Translations under genes and position numbers: made by a program
Notes under the pieces: generated by a model
Database searches by the model: none
What the model saw: only the letters and a program-made list of their open reading frames with translations
What the model was told of the DNA's origin: nothing
Origin: the human T2T-CHM13v2.0 reference genome, Homo sapiens
Strand: one strand, 5' to 3'
Assembly: GCF_009914755.1 (NCBI RefSeq)
Contig: NC_060936.1
DNA: 64,000 bases
Part shown: positions 13,623-29,100 of the stretch, piece after piece
How positions within the stretch are numbered: position 1 is the stretch's first letter
How the letters are laid out: each line of letters starts with the position of its first letter

Positions 13623-16600
13623 TCCCGTTTCCAACGAAGGCCTCAAAGAGGTCCAAATATCCACTTGCAGACTTTACAAAGACAGTGTCTCGAAACTCCT
13701 CCATCAAAAGAAAGGTTATACTCTGTGAATTGAACGCACACATCACAAAGTAGTTTCTGAGAATGATTCTGTCTAGTTTTTATACGAAGATATTTCCTTT
13801 TCTACATTTGGCCTCAAAGCGCTTGAAATCTCCACCTGCAAATATCACAAAAAGAGGGTTTCACATCTGCTCTGTCTAAAGGACAGTTCACTTTTGTGAG
13901 TTGAATAGAGGCAACACAAAGAACTTACTCAGTATTCTTCTTTCTAGCGTTCTATGAAGAAATCCCGTTTCCAACGAAGGCCACAAAGAGGTCCAAATAT
14001 CTGCTTGCAGACTTTACAGACAGAGTGTTTCCAAACTACTCTATGAAAAGAAAGCTTAAACTTCTTGAGTTGAACGCACACATCACAAAGTAGTTTCTGA
14101 GAATGATTCTGTCTAGTTTTTATACGAAGATGTTTCCTTTTCTACATTTGGTCTCAAAGCGATTGAAATCTCCAACTGGAAACTGCACAAATAGGGTGTT
14201 TCAAATCTGCTCTGTGTAAAGGAAGGTTCAACTCTGTGAGTTGAATACACACACCACAAGTAAGTTACTGAGAATTCTTCTGTCGAACATTACTTGAAGA
14301 AATCCCGTTTCCAACGAAGGCCTCAAAGAGGTCCAAATATCCACTTGCAGACATTACAAACAGAGTGTTTCCAAACTGCTCCATCAAAAGAAAGGTTAAA
14401 CTCTGTGAGCTGAACACACACATCAAAAAGAAGTTTCTGTGAATGATTCTGTCTAGATTTTATAAGAAGATGTTTCCTTTTCTACCGTAGGCCTCAAAGC
14501 GCTTGAAATCTCCAGCTGCAAATTCCACAAAAAGGGTGTTTAACATCTGCTCTTCTAAAGGAAAGTTCAACTCTATGAGTTGAATACACACAGCACAAAG
14601 AAGTTACTGAGACTTCTCCTATCAAACATTATATGAAGAAATCCCGTTTCCAACGAAGGCCTCAAAGAGGTCCAAATATCTGCTTGCAGACTTTAAAGAC
14701 AGAGTTTTTCCAAACTGCTCCATCAAAAGAAAGGTTAAACTCCTTGAGTTGAACACACACATCACAAAGTAGTTTCTGTGAATGATTCTGTCTAGTTTTT
14801 ATACGAAGACGTTTCCTTTTCTACCTTTGGTCTCAAAGCGATTGAAATCTCCACATGGAAACTCCACAAAAAGAGTGTTTCAAATCTGCTCTTTCTGAAG
14901 GAAGGTTCAACTCTGTGAGTTGAATACACACACCACAAATAAGTTACTGAGAATTCTTCTGTGTAACATTATATGAGGAAATCCCGTTTCCAACGAAGGC
15001 CTCAAAGAGGTCCAAATATCCACTTGCAGACTTTACAAAGACAGTGTCTCCAAACTCCTCCATCAAAAGAAAGGTTATACTCTGTGAATTGAACGCACAC
15101 ATCACAAAGTAGTTTCTGAGAATGATTCTGTGTAGTTTTTATACGAAGATATTTCCTTTTCTACATTTGGCCTAAAAGCGCTTGAAATCTCCACCTGCAA
15201 ATATCACAAAAAGAGGGTTTCACATCTGCTCTGTCTAAAGGACAGTTCACCTCTGTGAGTTGAGTAGAGGCAACACAAAGAACTTACTCAGTATTCTTCT
15301 TTCTAGCGTTCTATGAAGAAATCACGTTTCCAACGAAGGCCCCAAAGAGGTCCAAATATCTGCTTGCAGACTTTACAGACAGAGTGTTTCCAAACTACTC
15401 TATGAAAAGAAAGCTTAAACTTCTTGAGTTGAACGCACACATCACAAAGTAGTTTCTGAGAATGATTCTGTCTAGTTTTTATACGAAGATGTTTCCTTTT
15501 CTACATTTGGTCCCAAAGCGATTGAAATCTCCAACTGGAAACTGCACAAATAGGGTGTTTCAAATCTGCTCTGTCTAAAGGAAGGTTCAACTCTTTGAGT
15601 TGAATACACACACCACAAATAAGTTACTGAGAATTCTTCTGTCGAACATTACTTGAAGAAATCCCGTTTCCAACGAAGGCCTCAAAGAGGTCCAATTATC
15701 GACTTGCAGACATTACAAACAGAGTGTTTCCAAACTGCTCCATCAAAAGAAAGGTTAAACTCTGTGAGCTGAACACACACATCAAAAAGAAGTTTCTGTG
15801 AATGATTCTGTCTAGATTTTATAAGAAGATGTTTCCTTTTCTACTGTAGGCCTCAAAGTGCTTGAAATCTCCAGCTGCAAATTCCACAAAAAGGGTGTTT
15901 AACATCTGCTCTTCTAAAGGAAAGTTCAACTCAATGAGTTGAATACACACAGCCCAAAGAAGTTACTGAGACTTCTCCTATCAAACATTATATGAAGAAA
16001 TCCCGTTTCCAACGAAGGCCTCAAAGAGGTCCAAATATCTGCTTGCAGACTTTACAAAGACAGTGTCTCCAAACTCCTCCATCAAAAGAAAGGTTATACT
16101 CTGTGAATTGAACGCACACATCACAAAGTAGTTTCTGAGAATGATTCTGTCTAGTTTTTATACGAAGATATTTCCTTTTCTACATTTGGCCTAAAAGCGC
16201 TTGAAGTCTCCACCTGCAAATATCACAAAAAGAGGGTTTCACATCTGCTCTGTCTAAAGGACAGTTCACCTTTGTGAGTTGAATAGAGGCAACACAAAGA
16301 ACTTCCTCAGTATTCTTCTTTCTAGCGTTCTATGAAGAAATCCCGTTTCCAACGAAGGCCCCAAAGAGGTCCAAATATCTGCTTGCAGACTTTACAGACA
16401 GAGTGTTTCCAAACTACTCTATGAAAAGAAAGCTTAAACTCCTTGAGTTGAACGCACACATCACAAAGTAGTTTCTGAGAATGATTCTGTCTAGTTTTTA
16501 TACGAAGATGTTTCCTTTTCTACATTTGGTCTCAAAGCGATTGAAATCTCCAACTGGAAACTGCACAAATAGGGTGTTTCAAATCTGCTCTGTCTAAAGG

Positions 16601-19600
16601 AAGGTTCACCTCTGTGAGTTGAATACACACACCACAAATAAGTTACTGAGAATTCTTCTGTCGAACATTACTTGAAGAAATCCCGTTTCCAACGAAGGCC
16701 TCAAAGAGGTCCAAATATCCACTTGCAGACATTACAAACAGAGTGTTTCCAAACTGCTCCATCAAAAGAAAGGTTAAACTCTGTGAGCTGAACACACACA
16801 TCAAAAAGAAGTTTCTGTGAATGATTCTGTCTAGATTTTATAAGAACATATTTCCTTTTCTACCGTAGGCCACAAAGCGCTTGAAATCTCCAGCTGCAAA
16901 TTCCACAAAAAGGGTGTTTAACATCTGCTCTTCTAAAGGAAAGTTCAACTCTATGAGTTGAATACACACAGCACAAAGAAGTTACTGAGACTTCTCCTAT
17001 CAAACATTATATGAAGAAATCCCGTTTCCAACGAAGGCCTCAAAGAGGTCCAAATATCCACTTGCAGACATTACAAACAGAGTGTTTCCAAACTGTTCCA
17101 TCAAAAGAAAGATTAAACTCTGTGAGCTGAACACACACATGAAAAAGAAGTTTCTGTGAATGATACTGTCTAGATTTTATACGAAGATGTTTCCTTTTCT
17201 ACCTTTGGTCTCAATGCGATTGAAATCTCCACATGGAAACTCCACAAAAAGTGTGTTTGAAATCTGCTCTTTCTGAAGGAAGGTTCAACTCTGTGAGTTG
17301 AATACACACACCACAAATAAGTTACTGAGAATTCTTCTGTGTAACATTATATGAGGAAATCCCGTTTCCAACGAAGGCCTCAAAGAGGTCCAAATATCCA
17401 CTTGCAGACTTTACAAAGACAGTGTCTCCAAACTCCTCCATCAAAAGAAAGGTTATACTCTGTGAATTGAACGCACACATCACAAAGTAGTTTCTGAGAA
17501 TGATTCTGTCTAGTTTTTATACGAAGATATTTCCTTTTCTACATTTGGCCTAAAAGCGCTTGAAATCTCCACCTGCAAATATCACAAAAAGAGGGTTTCA
17601 CATCTGCTCTGTCTAAAGGACAGTTCACCTCTGTGAGTTGAATAGAGGCAACACAAAGAACTTACTCAGTATTCTTCTTTCTAGCGTTCTATGAAGAAAT
17701 CCCGTTTCCAACGAAGGCCCCAAAGAGGTCCAAATATCTGCTTGCACACTTTACAGACAGAGTGTTTCCAAACTACTCTATGAAAAGAAAGCTTAAACTC
17801 CTTGAGTTGAACGCACACATCACAAAGTAGTTTCTGAGAATGATTCTGTCCAGTTTTTATACGAAGATGTTTCCTTTTCTACATTTGGTCTCAAAGCGAT
17901 TGAAATCTCCAACTGGAAACTGCACAAATACGGTGTTTCAAATCTGCTCTGTCTAAAGGAAGGTTCAACTCTGTGAGTTGAATACACACACCACAAATAA
18001 GTTACTGAGAATTCTTCTGTCGAACATTACTTGAAGAAATCCCGTTTCCAACGAAGGCCTCAAAGAGGTCCAAATATTCACTTGCAGATATTACAAACAG
18101 AGTGTTTCCAAACTGCTCCATCAAAAGAAAGGTTAAACTCTGTGAGCTGAACACACACATCAAAAACAAGTTTCTGTGAATGATTCTGTCTAGATTTTAT
18201 AAGAAGATGTTTCCTTTTCTACCGTAGGACTCAAAGCGCTTGAAATCTCCAGCTGCAAATTCCACAAAAAGGGTGTTTAACATCTGCTCTTCTAAAGGAA
18301 AGTTCAACTCTATGAGTTGAATACACACAGCACAAAGAAGTTACTGAGACTTCTCCTATCAAACATTATATGAAGAAATCCCGTTTCCAACGAAGGCCTC
18401 AAAGAGGTCCAAATATCTGCTTGCAGACTTTACAGACAGAGTGTTTCCAAACTGCTCCATCAAAAGAAAGGTTAAACTCCTTGAGTTGAACACACACATC
18501 ACAAAGTAGTTTCTGTGAATGATTCTGTCTAGTTTTTATACGAAGATGTTTCCTTTTCTACCTTTGGTCTCAATGCGATTGAAATCTCCACATGGAAACT
18601 CCACAAAAAGAGTGTTTCAAATCTGCTCTTTCTGAAGGAAGGTTCAACTCTGTGAGTTGAATACACACACCACAAATAAGTTACTGAGAATTCTTCTGTG
18701 TAACATTATATGAGGAAATCCCGTTTCCAACGAAGGCCTCAAAGAGGTCCAAATATCCACTTCCAGACTTTACAAAGACAGTGTCTCCAAACTCCTCCAT
18801 CAAAAGAAAGGTTATACTCTGTGAATTGAACGCACACATCACAAAGTAGTTTCTGAGAATGATTCTGTCTAGTTTTTATACGAAGATATTTCCTTTTCTA
18901 CATTTGGCCTAAAAGCGCTTGAAATCTCCACCTGCAAATATCACAAAAAGAGGGTTTCACATCTGCTCTGTCTAAAGGACAGTTCACCTCTGTGAGTTGA
19001 ATAGAGGCAACACAAAGAACTTACTCAGTATTCTTCTTTCTTGCGTTCTATGAAGAAATCCCGTTTCCAACGAAGGCCCCAAAGAGGTCCAAATATCTGC
19101 TTGCACTCTTTACAGACAGAGTGTTTCCAAACTACTCTATGAAAAGAAAGCTTAAACTCCTTGAGTTGAACGCACACATCACAAAGTAGTTTCTGAGAAT
19201 GATTCTGTCCAGTTTTTATACGAAGATGTTTCCTTTTCTACATTTGGTCTCAAAGCGATTGAAATCTCCAACTGGAAACTGCACAAATAGGGTGTTTCAA
19301 ATCTGCTCTGTCTAAAGGAAGGTTCAACTCTGTGAGTTGAATACACACACCACAAATAAGTTACTGAGAATTCTTGTGTCGAACATTACTTGAAGAAATC
19401 CCGTTTCCAACGAAGGCCTCAAAGAGGTCCAAATATTCACTTGCAGATATTACAAACAGAGTGTTTCCAAACTGCTCCATCAAAAGAAAGGTTAAACTCT
19501 GTGAGCTGAACACACACATCAAAAAGAAGTTTCTGTGAATGATTCTGTCAAGATTTTATAAGATGTTTCCATTTCTACCGTAGGACTCAAAGCGCTTGAA

Positions 19601-22600
19601 ATCTCCAGCTGCAAATTCCACAAAAAGGGTGTTTAACATCTGCTCTTCTAAAGGAAAGTTCAACTCTATGAGTTGAATACACACAGCACAAAGAAGTTAC
19701 TGAGACTTCTCCTATCAAACATTATATGAAGAAATCCCGTTTCCAACGAAGGCCTCAAAGAGGTCCAAATATCTGCTTGCAGACTTTAAAGACAGAGTTT
19801 TTCCAAACTGCTCCATCAAAAGAAAGGTTAAACTCCTTGAGTTGAACACACACATCACAAAGTAGTTTCTGTGAATGATTCTGTCTAGTTTCTATACGAA
19901 GATGTTTCCTTTTCTACCTTTGGTCTCAAAGCGATTGAAATCTCCACATGGAAACTCCACAAAAAGAGTGTTTCAAATCTGCTCTTTCTGAAGGAAGGTT
20001 CAACTCTGTGAGTTGAATACACACACCACAAATAAGTTACTGAGAATTCTTCTGTGTAACATTATATGAGGAAATCCCGTTTCCAACGAAGGCCTCAAAG
20101 AGGTCCAAATATCCACTTGCAGACTTTACAAAGACAGTGTCTCCAAACTCCTCCATCAAAAGAAAGGTTATACTCTGTGAATTGAACGCACACATCACAA
20201 AGTAGTTTCTGAGAATGATTCTGTCTAGTTTTTATACGAAGATATTTCCTTTTCTACATTTGGCCTAAAAGCGCTTGAAATCTCCACCTGCAAATATCAC
20301 AAAAAGAGGGTTTCACATCTGCTCTGTCTAAAGGACAGTTCACCTCTGTGAGTTGAGTAGAGGCAACACAAAGAACTTACTCAGTATTCTTCTTTCCAGC
20401 GTTCTATGAAGAAATCACGTTTCCAACGAAGGCCCCAATGAGGTCCAAATATCTGCTTGCAGACTTTACAGACAGAGTGTTTCCAAACTACTCTATGAAA
20501 AGAAAGCTTAAACTTCTTGAGTTGAACGCACACATCACAAAGTAGTTTCTGAGAATGATTCTGTCTAGTTTTTATACGAAGATGTTTCCTTTTCTACATT
20601 TGGTCTCAAAGCGATTGAAATCTCCAACTGGAAACTGCACAAATAGGGTGTTTCAAATCTGCTCTGTCTAAAGGAAGGTTCAACTCTTTGAGTTGAATAC
20701 ACACACCACAAATAAGTTACTGAGAATTCTTCTGTCGAACATTACTTGAAGAAATCCCGTTTCCAACGAAGGCCTCAAAGTGGTCCAAATATCCACTTGC
20801 AGACATTACAAACAGAGTGTTTCCAAACTGCTCCATCAAAAGAAAGGTTAAACTCTGTGAGCTGAACACACACATCAAAAAGAAGTTTCTGTGAATGATT
20901 CTGTCTAGATTTTATAAGAAGATGTTTCCTTTTCTACCGTAGGCCTCAAAGTGCTTGAAATCTCCAGCTGCAAATTCCACAAAAAGGGTGTTTAACATCT
21001 GCTCTTCTAAAGGAAAGTTCAACTCAATGAGTTGAATACACACAGCCCAAAGAAGTTACTGAGACTTCTCCTATCAAACATTATATGAAGAAATCCCGTT
21101 TCCAACGAAGGCCTCAAAGAGGTCCAAATATCTGCTTGCAGACTTTACAAAGACAGTGTCTCCAAACTCCTCCATCAAAAGAAAGGTTATACTCTGTGAA
21201 TTGAACGCACACATCACAAAGTAGTTTCTGAGAATGATTCTGTCTAGTTTTTATACGAAGATATTTCCTTTTCTACATTTGGCCTAAAAGCGCTTGAAGT
21301 CTCCACCTGCAAATATCACAAAAAGAGGGTTTCACATCTGCTCTGTCTAAAGGACAGTTCACCTTTGTGAGTTGAATAGAGGCAACACAAAGAACTTACT
21401 CAGTATTCTTCTTTCTAGCGTTCTATGAAGAAATCACGTTTCCAACGAAGGCCCCAAAGAGGTCCAAATATCTGCTTGCAGACTTTACAGACAGAGTGTT
21501 TCCAAACTACTCTATGAAAAGAAAGCTTAAACTCCTTGAGTTGAACGCACACATCACAAAGTAGTTTCTGAGAATGATTCTGTCCAGTTTTTATACGAAC
21601 ATGTTTCCTTTTCTACATTTGGTCTCAAAGCGATTGAAATCTCCAACTGGAAACTGCACAAATACGGTGTTTCAAATCTGCTCTGTCTAAAGGAAGGTTC
21701 AACTCTGTGAGTTGAATACACACACCACAAATAAGTTACTGAGAATTCTTCTGTCGAACATTACTTGAAGAAATCCCGTTTCCAACGAAGGCCTCAAAGA
21801 GGTCCAAATATTCACTTGCAGATATTACAAACAGAGTGTTTCCAAACTGCTCCATCAAAAGAAAGGTTAAACTCTGTGAGCTGAACACACACATCAAAAA
21901 CAAGTTTCTGTGAATGATTCTGTCTAGATTTTATAAGAAGATGTTTCCTTTTCTACCGTAGGACTCAAAGCGCTTGAAATCTCCAGCTGCAAATTCCACA
22001 AAAAGGGTGTTTAACATCTGCTCTTCTAAAGGAAAGTTCAACTCTATGAGTTGAATACACACAGCACAAAGAAGTTACTGAGACTTCTCCTATCAAACAT
22101 TATATGAAGAAATCCCGTTTCCAACGAAGGCCTCAAAGAGGTCCAAATATCTGCTTGCAGACTTTAAAGACAGAGTTTTTCCAAACTGCTCCATCAAAAG
22201 AAAGGTTAAACTCCTTGAGTTGAACACACACATCACAAAGTAGTTTCTGTGAATGATTCTGTCTAGTTTTTATACGAAGATGTTTCCTTTTCTAGCTTTG
22301 GTCTCAAAGCGATTGAAATCTCCACATGGAAACTCCACAAAAAGAGTGTTTCAAATCTGCTGTTTCTGAAGGAAGGTTCAACTCTGTGAGTTGAATACAC
22401 GCACCACAAATAAGTTACTGGGAATTCTTCTGTGTAAAATTATATGAGGAAATCCCGTTTCCAACGAAGGCCTCAAAGAGGTCCAAATATCCACTTGCAG
22501 ACTTTACAAAGACAGTGTCTCCAAACTCCTCCATCAAAAGAAAGGTTATACTCTGTGAATTGAACGCACACATCACAAAGTAGTTTCTGAGAATGATTCT

Positions 22601-25600
22601 GTCTAGTTTTTATACGAAGATATTTCCTTTTCTACATTTGGCCTAAAAGCGCTTGAAATCTCCACCTGCAAATATCACAAAAAGAGGGTTTCACATCTGC
22701 TCTGTCTAAAGGACAGTTCACCTCTGTGAGTTGAATAGAGGCAACACAAAGAACTTACTGAGTATTCTTCTTTCTAGCGTTCTATGAAGAAATCCCGTTT
22801 CCAACGAAGGCCCCAATGAGGTCCAAATATCTGCTTGCAGACTTTACAGACAGAGTGTTTCCAAACTACTCTATGAAAAGAAAGCTTAAACTCCTTGAGT
22901 TGAACGCACACATCACAAAGTAGTTTCTGAGAATGATTCTGTCTAGTTTTTATACGAAGATGTTTCCTTTTCTACATTTGGTCTCAAAGCGATTGAAATC
23001 TCCAACTGGAAACTGCACAAATAGGGTGTTTCAAATCTGCTCTGTCTAAAGGAAGGTTCAACTCTTTGAGTTGAATACACACACCACAAATAAGTTACTG
23101 AGAATTCTTCTGTCGAACATTACTTGAAGAAATCCCGTTTCCAACGAAGGCCTCAAAGAGGTCCAAATATCCACTTGCAGACATTACAAACAGAGTGTTT
23201 CCAAACTGCTCCATCAAAAGAAAGGTTAAACTCTGTGAGCTGAACACACACATCAAAAAGAAGTTTCTGTGAATGATTCTGTCTAGATTTTATAAGAAGA
23301 TGTTTCCTTTTCTACCGTAGGCCTCAAAGCGCTTGAAATCTCCAGCTGCAAATTCCACAAAAAGGGTGTTTAACATCTGCTCTTCTAAAGGAAAGTTCAA
23401 CTCAATGAGTTGAATACACACAGCAGAAAGAAGTTACTGAGACTTCTCCTATCAAACATTATATGAAGAAATCCCGTTTCCAACGAAGGCCTCAAAGAGG
23501 TCCAAATATCTGCTTGCAGACTTTACAAAGACAGTGTCTCCAAACTCCTCCATCAAAAGAAAGGTTAAACTCCTTGAGTTGAACACACACATCACAAAGT
23601 AGTTTCTGTGAATGATTCTGTCTAGTTTTTATACGAAGATGTTTCCTTTTCTACCTTTGGTCTCAAAGCGATTGAAATCTCCACATGGAAACTCCACAAA
23701 AAGAGTGTTTCAAATCTGCTCTTTCTGAAGGAAGGTTCAACTCTGTGAGTTGAATACACACACCACAAATAAGTTACTGAGAATTCTTCTGTGTAACATT
23801 ATATGAGGAAATCCCGTTTCCAACGAAGGCCTCAAAGAGGTCCAAATATCCACTTGCAGACTTTACAAAGACAGTGTCTCGAAACTCCTCCATCAAAAGA
23901 AAGGTTATACTCTGTGAATTGAACGCACACATCACAAAGTAGTTTCTGAGAATGATTCTGTCTAGTTTTTATACGAAGATATTTCCTTTTCTACATTTGG
24001 CCTCAAAGCGCTTGAAATCTCCACCTGCAAATATCACAAAAAGAGGGTTTCACATCTGCTCTGTCTAAAGGACAGTTAACCTCTGTGAGTTGAATAGAGG
24101 CAACACAAAGAACTTACTCAGTATTCTTCTTTCTAGCGTTCTATGAAGAAATCCCGTTTCCAATGAAAGCCCCAATGAGGTTCAAATATCTGCTTGCAGA
24201 CTTTACAGACAGAGTGTTTCCAAACTACTCTATGAAAAGAAAGCTTAAACTCCTTGAGTTGAACGCACAGATCACAAAGTAGTTTCTGAGAATGATTCTG
24301 TCTAGTTTTTATACGAAGATGTTTCCTTTTCTACATTTGGTCTCAAAGCGATTGAAATCTCCAACTGGAAACTGCACAAATAGGGTGTTTCAAATCTGCT
24401 CTGTCTAAAGGAAGGTTCAACTCTTTGAGTTGAATACACACACCACAAATAAGTTACTGAGAATTCTTCTGTCGAACATTACTTGAAGAAATCCCGTTTC
24501 CAACGAAGGCCTCAAAGAGGTCCAAATATCCACTTGCAGACATTACATACAGAGTGTTTCCAAACTGCTCCATCAAAAGAAAGGTTAAACTCTGTGAGCT
24601 GAACACACACATCAAAAAGAAGTTTCTGTGAATGATTCTGTCTAGATTTTATAAGAAGATGTTTCCTTTTCTACCGTAGGCCTCAAAGCGCTTGAAATCT
24701 CCAGCTGCATATTCCACAAAAAGGGTGTTTAACATCTGCTCTTCTAAAGGAAAGTTCAACTCAATGAGTTGAATACACACAGCCCAAAGAAGTTACTGAG
24801 ACTTCTCCTATCAAACATTATATGAAGAAATCCCGTTTCCAACGAAGGCCTCAAAGAGGTCCAAATATCTGCTTGCAGACTTTACAAAGACAGTGTCTCC
24901 AAACTCCTCCATCAAAAGAAAGGTTATACTCTGTGAATTGAACGCACACATCACAAAGTAGTTTCTGAGAATGATTCTGTCTAGTTTTTATACGAAGATA
25001 TTTCCTTTTCTACATTTGGCCTAAAAGCGCTTGAAATCTCCACCTGCAAATATCACAAAAAGAGGGTTTCACATCTGCTCTGTCTAAAGGACAGTTCACT
25101 TTTGTGAGTTGAATAGAGGCAACACAAAGAACTTACTCAGTATTCTTCTTTCTAGCGTTCTATGAAGAAATCCCGTTTCCAACGAAGGCCACAAAGAGGT
25201 CCAAATATCTGCTTGCAGACTTTACAGACAGAGTGTTTCCAAACTACTCTATGAAAAGAAAGCTTAAACTCCTTGAGTTGAACGCACACATCACAAAGTA
25301 GTTTCTGAGAATGATTCTGTCTAGTTTTTATACGAAGATATTTCCTTTTCTACATTTGGTCTCAAAGCGATTGAAATCTCCAACTGGAAACTGCACAAAT
25401 AGGGTGTTTCAAATCTGCACTGTGTAAAGGAAGGTTCAACTCTGTGAGTTGAATACACACACCACAAATAAGTTACTGAGAATTCTTCTGTCGAACATTA
25501 CTTGAAGAAATCCCGTTTCCAACGAAGGCCTCAAAGAGGTCCAAATATCCACTTGCAGACATTACAAACAGAGTGTTTCCAAACTGCTCCATCAAAAGAA

Positions 25601-26150
25601 AGGTTAAACTCTGTGAGCTGAACACACACATCAAAAAGAAGTTTCTGTGAATGATTCTGTCTAGATTTTATAAGAAGATGTTTCCTTTTCTACCGTAGGC
25701 CTCAAAGCGCTTGAAATCTCCAGCTGCAAATTCCACAAAAAGGGTGTTTAACATGTGCTCTTCTAAAGGAAAGTTCAACTCTATGCGTTGAATACACACA
25801 GCACAAAGAAGTTACTGAGACTTCTCCTATCAAACATTATATGAAGAAATCCCGTTTCCAACGAAGGCCTCAAAGAGGTCCAAATATCTGCTTGCAGACT
25901 TTACAGACAGAGTGTTTCCAAACTGCTCCATCAAAAGAAAGGTTAAACTCCTTGAGTTGAACACACACATCACAAAGTAGTTTCTGTGAATGATTCTGTC
26001 TAGTTTTTATACGAAGATGTTTCCTTTTCTACCTTTGGTCTCAATGCGATTGAAATCTCCACATGGAAACTCCACAAAAAGAGTGTTTCAAATCTGCTCT
26101 TTCTGAAGGAAGGTTCAACTCTGTGAGTTGAATACACACACCACAAATAA

Positions 26151-29100
26151 GTTACTGAGAATTCTTCTGTGTAACATTATATGAGGAAATCCCGTTTCCA
26201 ACGAAGGCCTCAAAGAGGTCCAAATATCCACTTGCAGACTTTACAAAGACAGTGTCTCCAAACTCCTCCATCAAAAGAAAGGTTATACTCTGTGAATTGA
26301 ACGCACACATCTCAAAGTAGTTTCTGAGAATGATTCTGTCTAGTTTTTATACGAAGATATTTCCTTTTCTACATTTGGCCTAAAAGCGCTTGAAATCTCC
26401 ACCTGCAAATATCACAAAAAGAAGGTTTCACATCTGCTCTGTCTAAAGGACAGTTCACCTCTGTGAGTTGAATAGAGGCAACACAAAGAACTTACTCAGT
26501 ATTCTTCTTTCTTGCGTTCTATGAAGAAATCCCGTTTCCAACGAAGGCCCCAAAGAGGTCCAAATATCTGCTTGCACACTTTACAGACAGAGTGTTTCCA
26601 AACTACTCTATGAAAAGAAAGCTTAAACTCCTTGAGTTGAACGCACACATCACAAAGTAGTTTCTGAGAATGATTCTGTCCAGTTTTTATACGAAGATGT
26701 TTCCTTTTCTACATTTGGTCTCAAAGCGATTGAAATCTCCAACTGGAAACTGCACAAATAGGGTGTTTCAAATCTGCTCTGTCTAAAGGAAGGTTCAACT
26801 CTGTGAGTTGAATACACACACCACAAATAAGTTACTGAGAATTCTTGTGTCGAACATTACTTGAAGAAATCCCGTTTCCAACGAAGGCCTCAAAGAGGTC
26901 CAAATATTCACTTGCAGATATTACAAACAGAGTGTTTCCAAACTGCTCCATCAAAAGAAAGGTTAAACTCTGTGAGCTGAACACACACATCAAAAAGAAG
27001 TTTCTGTGAATGATTCTGTCAAGATTTTATAAGATGTTTCCATTTCTACCGTAGGACTCAAAGCGCTTGAAATCTCCCGCTGCAAATTCCACAAAAAGGG
27101 TGTTTAACATCTGCTCTTCTAAAGGAAAGTTCAACTCTATGAGTTGAATACACACAGCACAAAGAAGTTACTGAGACTTCTCCTATCAAACATTATATGA
27201 AGAAATCCCGTTTCCAACGAAGGCCTCAAAGAGGTCCAAATATCTGCTTGCAGACTTTAAAGACAGAGTTTTTCCAAACTGCTCCATCAAAAGAAAGGTT
27301 AAACTCCTTGAGTTGAAAACACACATCACAAAGTAGTTTCTGTGAATGATTCTGTCTAGTTTCTATACGAAGATGTTTCCTTTTCTACCTTTGGTCTCAA
27401 AGCGATTGAAATCTCCACATGGAAACTCCACAAAAAGAGTGTTTCAAATCTGCTCTTTCTGAAGGAAGGTTCAACTCTGTGAGTTGAATACACACACCAC
27501 AAATAAGTTACTGAGAATTCTTCTGTGTAACATTATATGAGGAAATCCCGTTTCCAACGAAGGCCTCAAAGAGGTCCAAATATCCACTTGCAGACTTTAC
27601 AAAGACAGTGTCTCCAAACTCCTCCATCAAAAGAAAGGTTATACTCTGTGAATTGAACGCACACATCACAAAGTAGTTTCTGAGAATGATTCTGTCTAGT
27701 TTTTATACGAAGATATTTCCTTTTCTACATTTGGCCTAAAAGCGCTTGAAATCTCCACCTGCAAATATCACAAAAAGAGGGTTTCACATCTGCTCTGTCT
27801 AAAGGACAGTTCACCTCTGTGAGTTGAGTAGAGGCAACACAAAGAACTTACTCAGTATTCTTCTTTCTAGCGTTCTATGAAGAAATCACGTTTCCAACGA
27901 AGGCCCCAATGAGGTCCAAATATCTGCTTGCAGACTTTACAGACAGAGTGTTTCCAAACTACTCTATGAAAAGAAAGCTTAAACTCCTTGAGTTGAACGC
28001 ACAGATCACAAAGTAGTTTCTGAGAATGATTCTGTCTAGTTTTTATACGAAGATGTTTCCTTTTCTACATTTGGTCTCAAAGCGATTGAAATCTCCAACT
28101 GGAAACTGCACAAATAGGGTGTTTCAAATCTGCTCTGTCTAAAGGAAGGTTCAACTCTTTGAGTTGAATACACACACCACAAATAAGTTCCTGAGAATTC
28201 TTCTGTCGAACATTACTTGAAGAAATCCCGTTTCCAACGAAGGCCTCAAAGAGGTCCAAATATCCACTTGCAGACATTACAAACAGAGTGTTTCCAAACT
28301 GCTCCATCAAAAGAAAGGTTAAACTCTGTGAGCTGAACACACACATCAAAAAGAAGTTTCTGTGAATGATTCTGTCTAGATTTTATAAGAAGATGTTTCC
28401 TTTTCTACCGTAGGCCTCAAAGTGCTTGAAATCTCCAGCTGCAAATTCCACAAAAAGGGTGTTTAACATCTGCTCTTCTAAAGGAAAGTTCAACTCAATG
28501 AGTTGAATACACACAGCCCAAAGAAGTTACTGAGACTTCTCCTATCAAACATTATATGAAGAAATCCCGTTTCCAACGAAGGCCTCAAAGAGGTCCAAAT
28601 ATCTGCTTGCAGACTTTACAAAGACAGTGTCTCCAAACTCCTCCATCAAAAGAAAGGTTATACTCTGTGAATTGAACGCACACATCACAAAGTAGTTTCT
28701 GAGAATGATTCTGTCTAGTTTTTATACGAAGATATTTCCTTTTCTACATTTGGCCTAAAAGCGCTTGAAGTCTCCACCTGCAAATATCACAAAAAGAGGG
28801 TTTCACATCTGCTCTGTCTAAAGGACAGTTCACCTTTGTGAGTTGAATAGAGGCAACACAAAGAACTTACTCAGTATTCTTCTTTCTTGCGTTCTATGAA
28901 GAAATCCCGTTTCCAACGAAGGCCCCAAAGAGGTCCAAATATCTGCTTGCACACTTTACAGACAGAGTGTTTCCAAACTACTCTATGAAAAGAAAGCTTA
29001 AACTCCTTGAGTTGAACGCACACATCACAAAGTAGTTTCTGAGAATGATTCTGTCCAGTTTTTATACGAAGATGTTTCCTTTTCTACATTTGGTCTCAAA

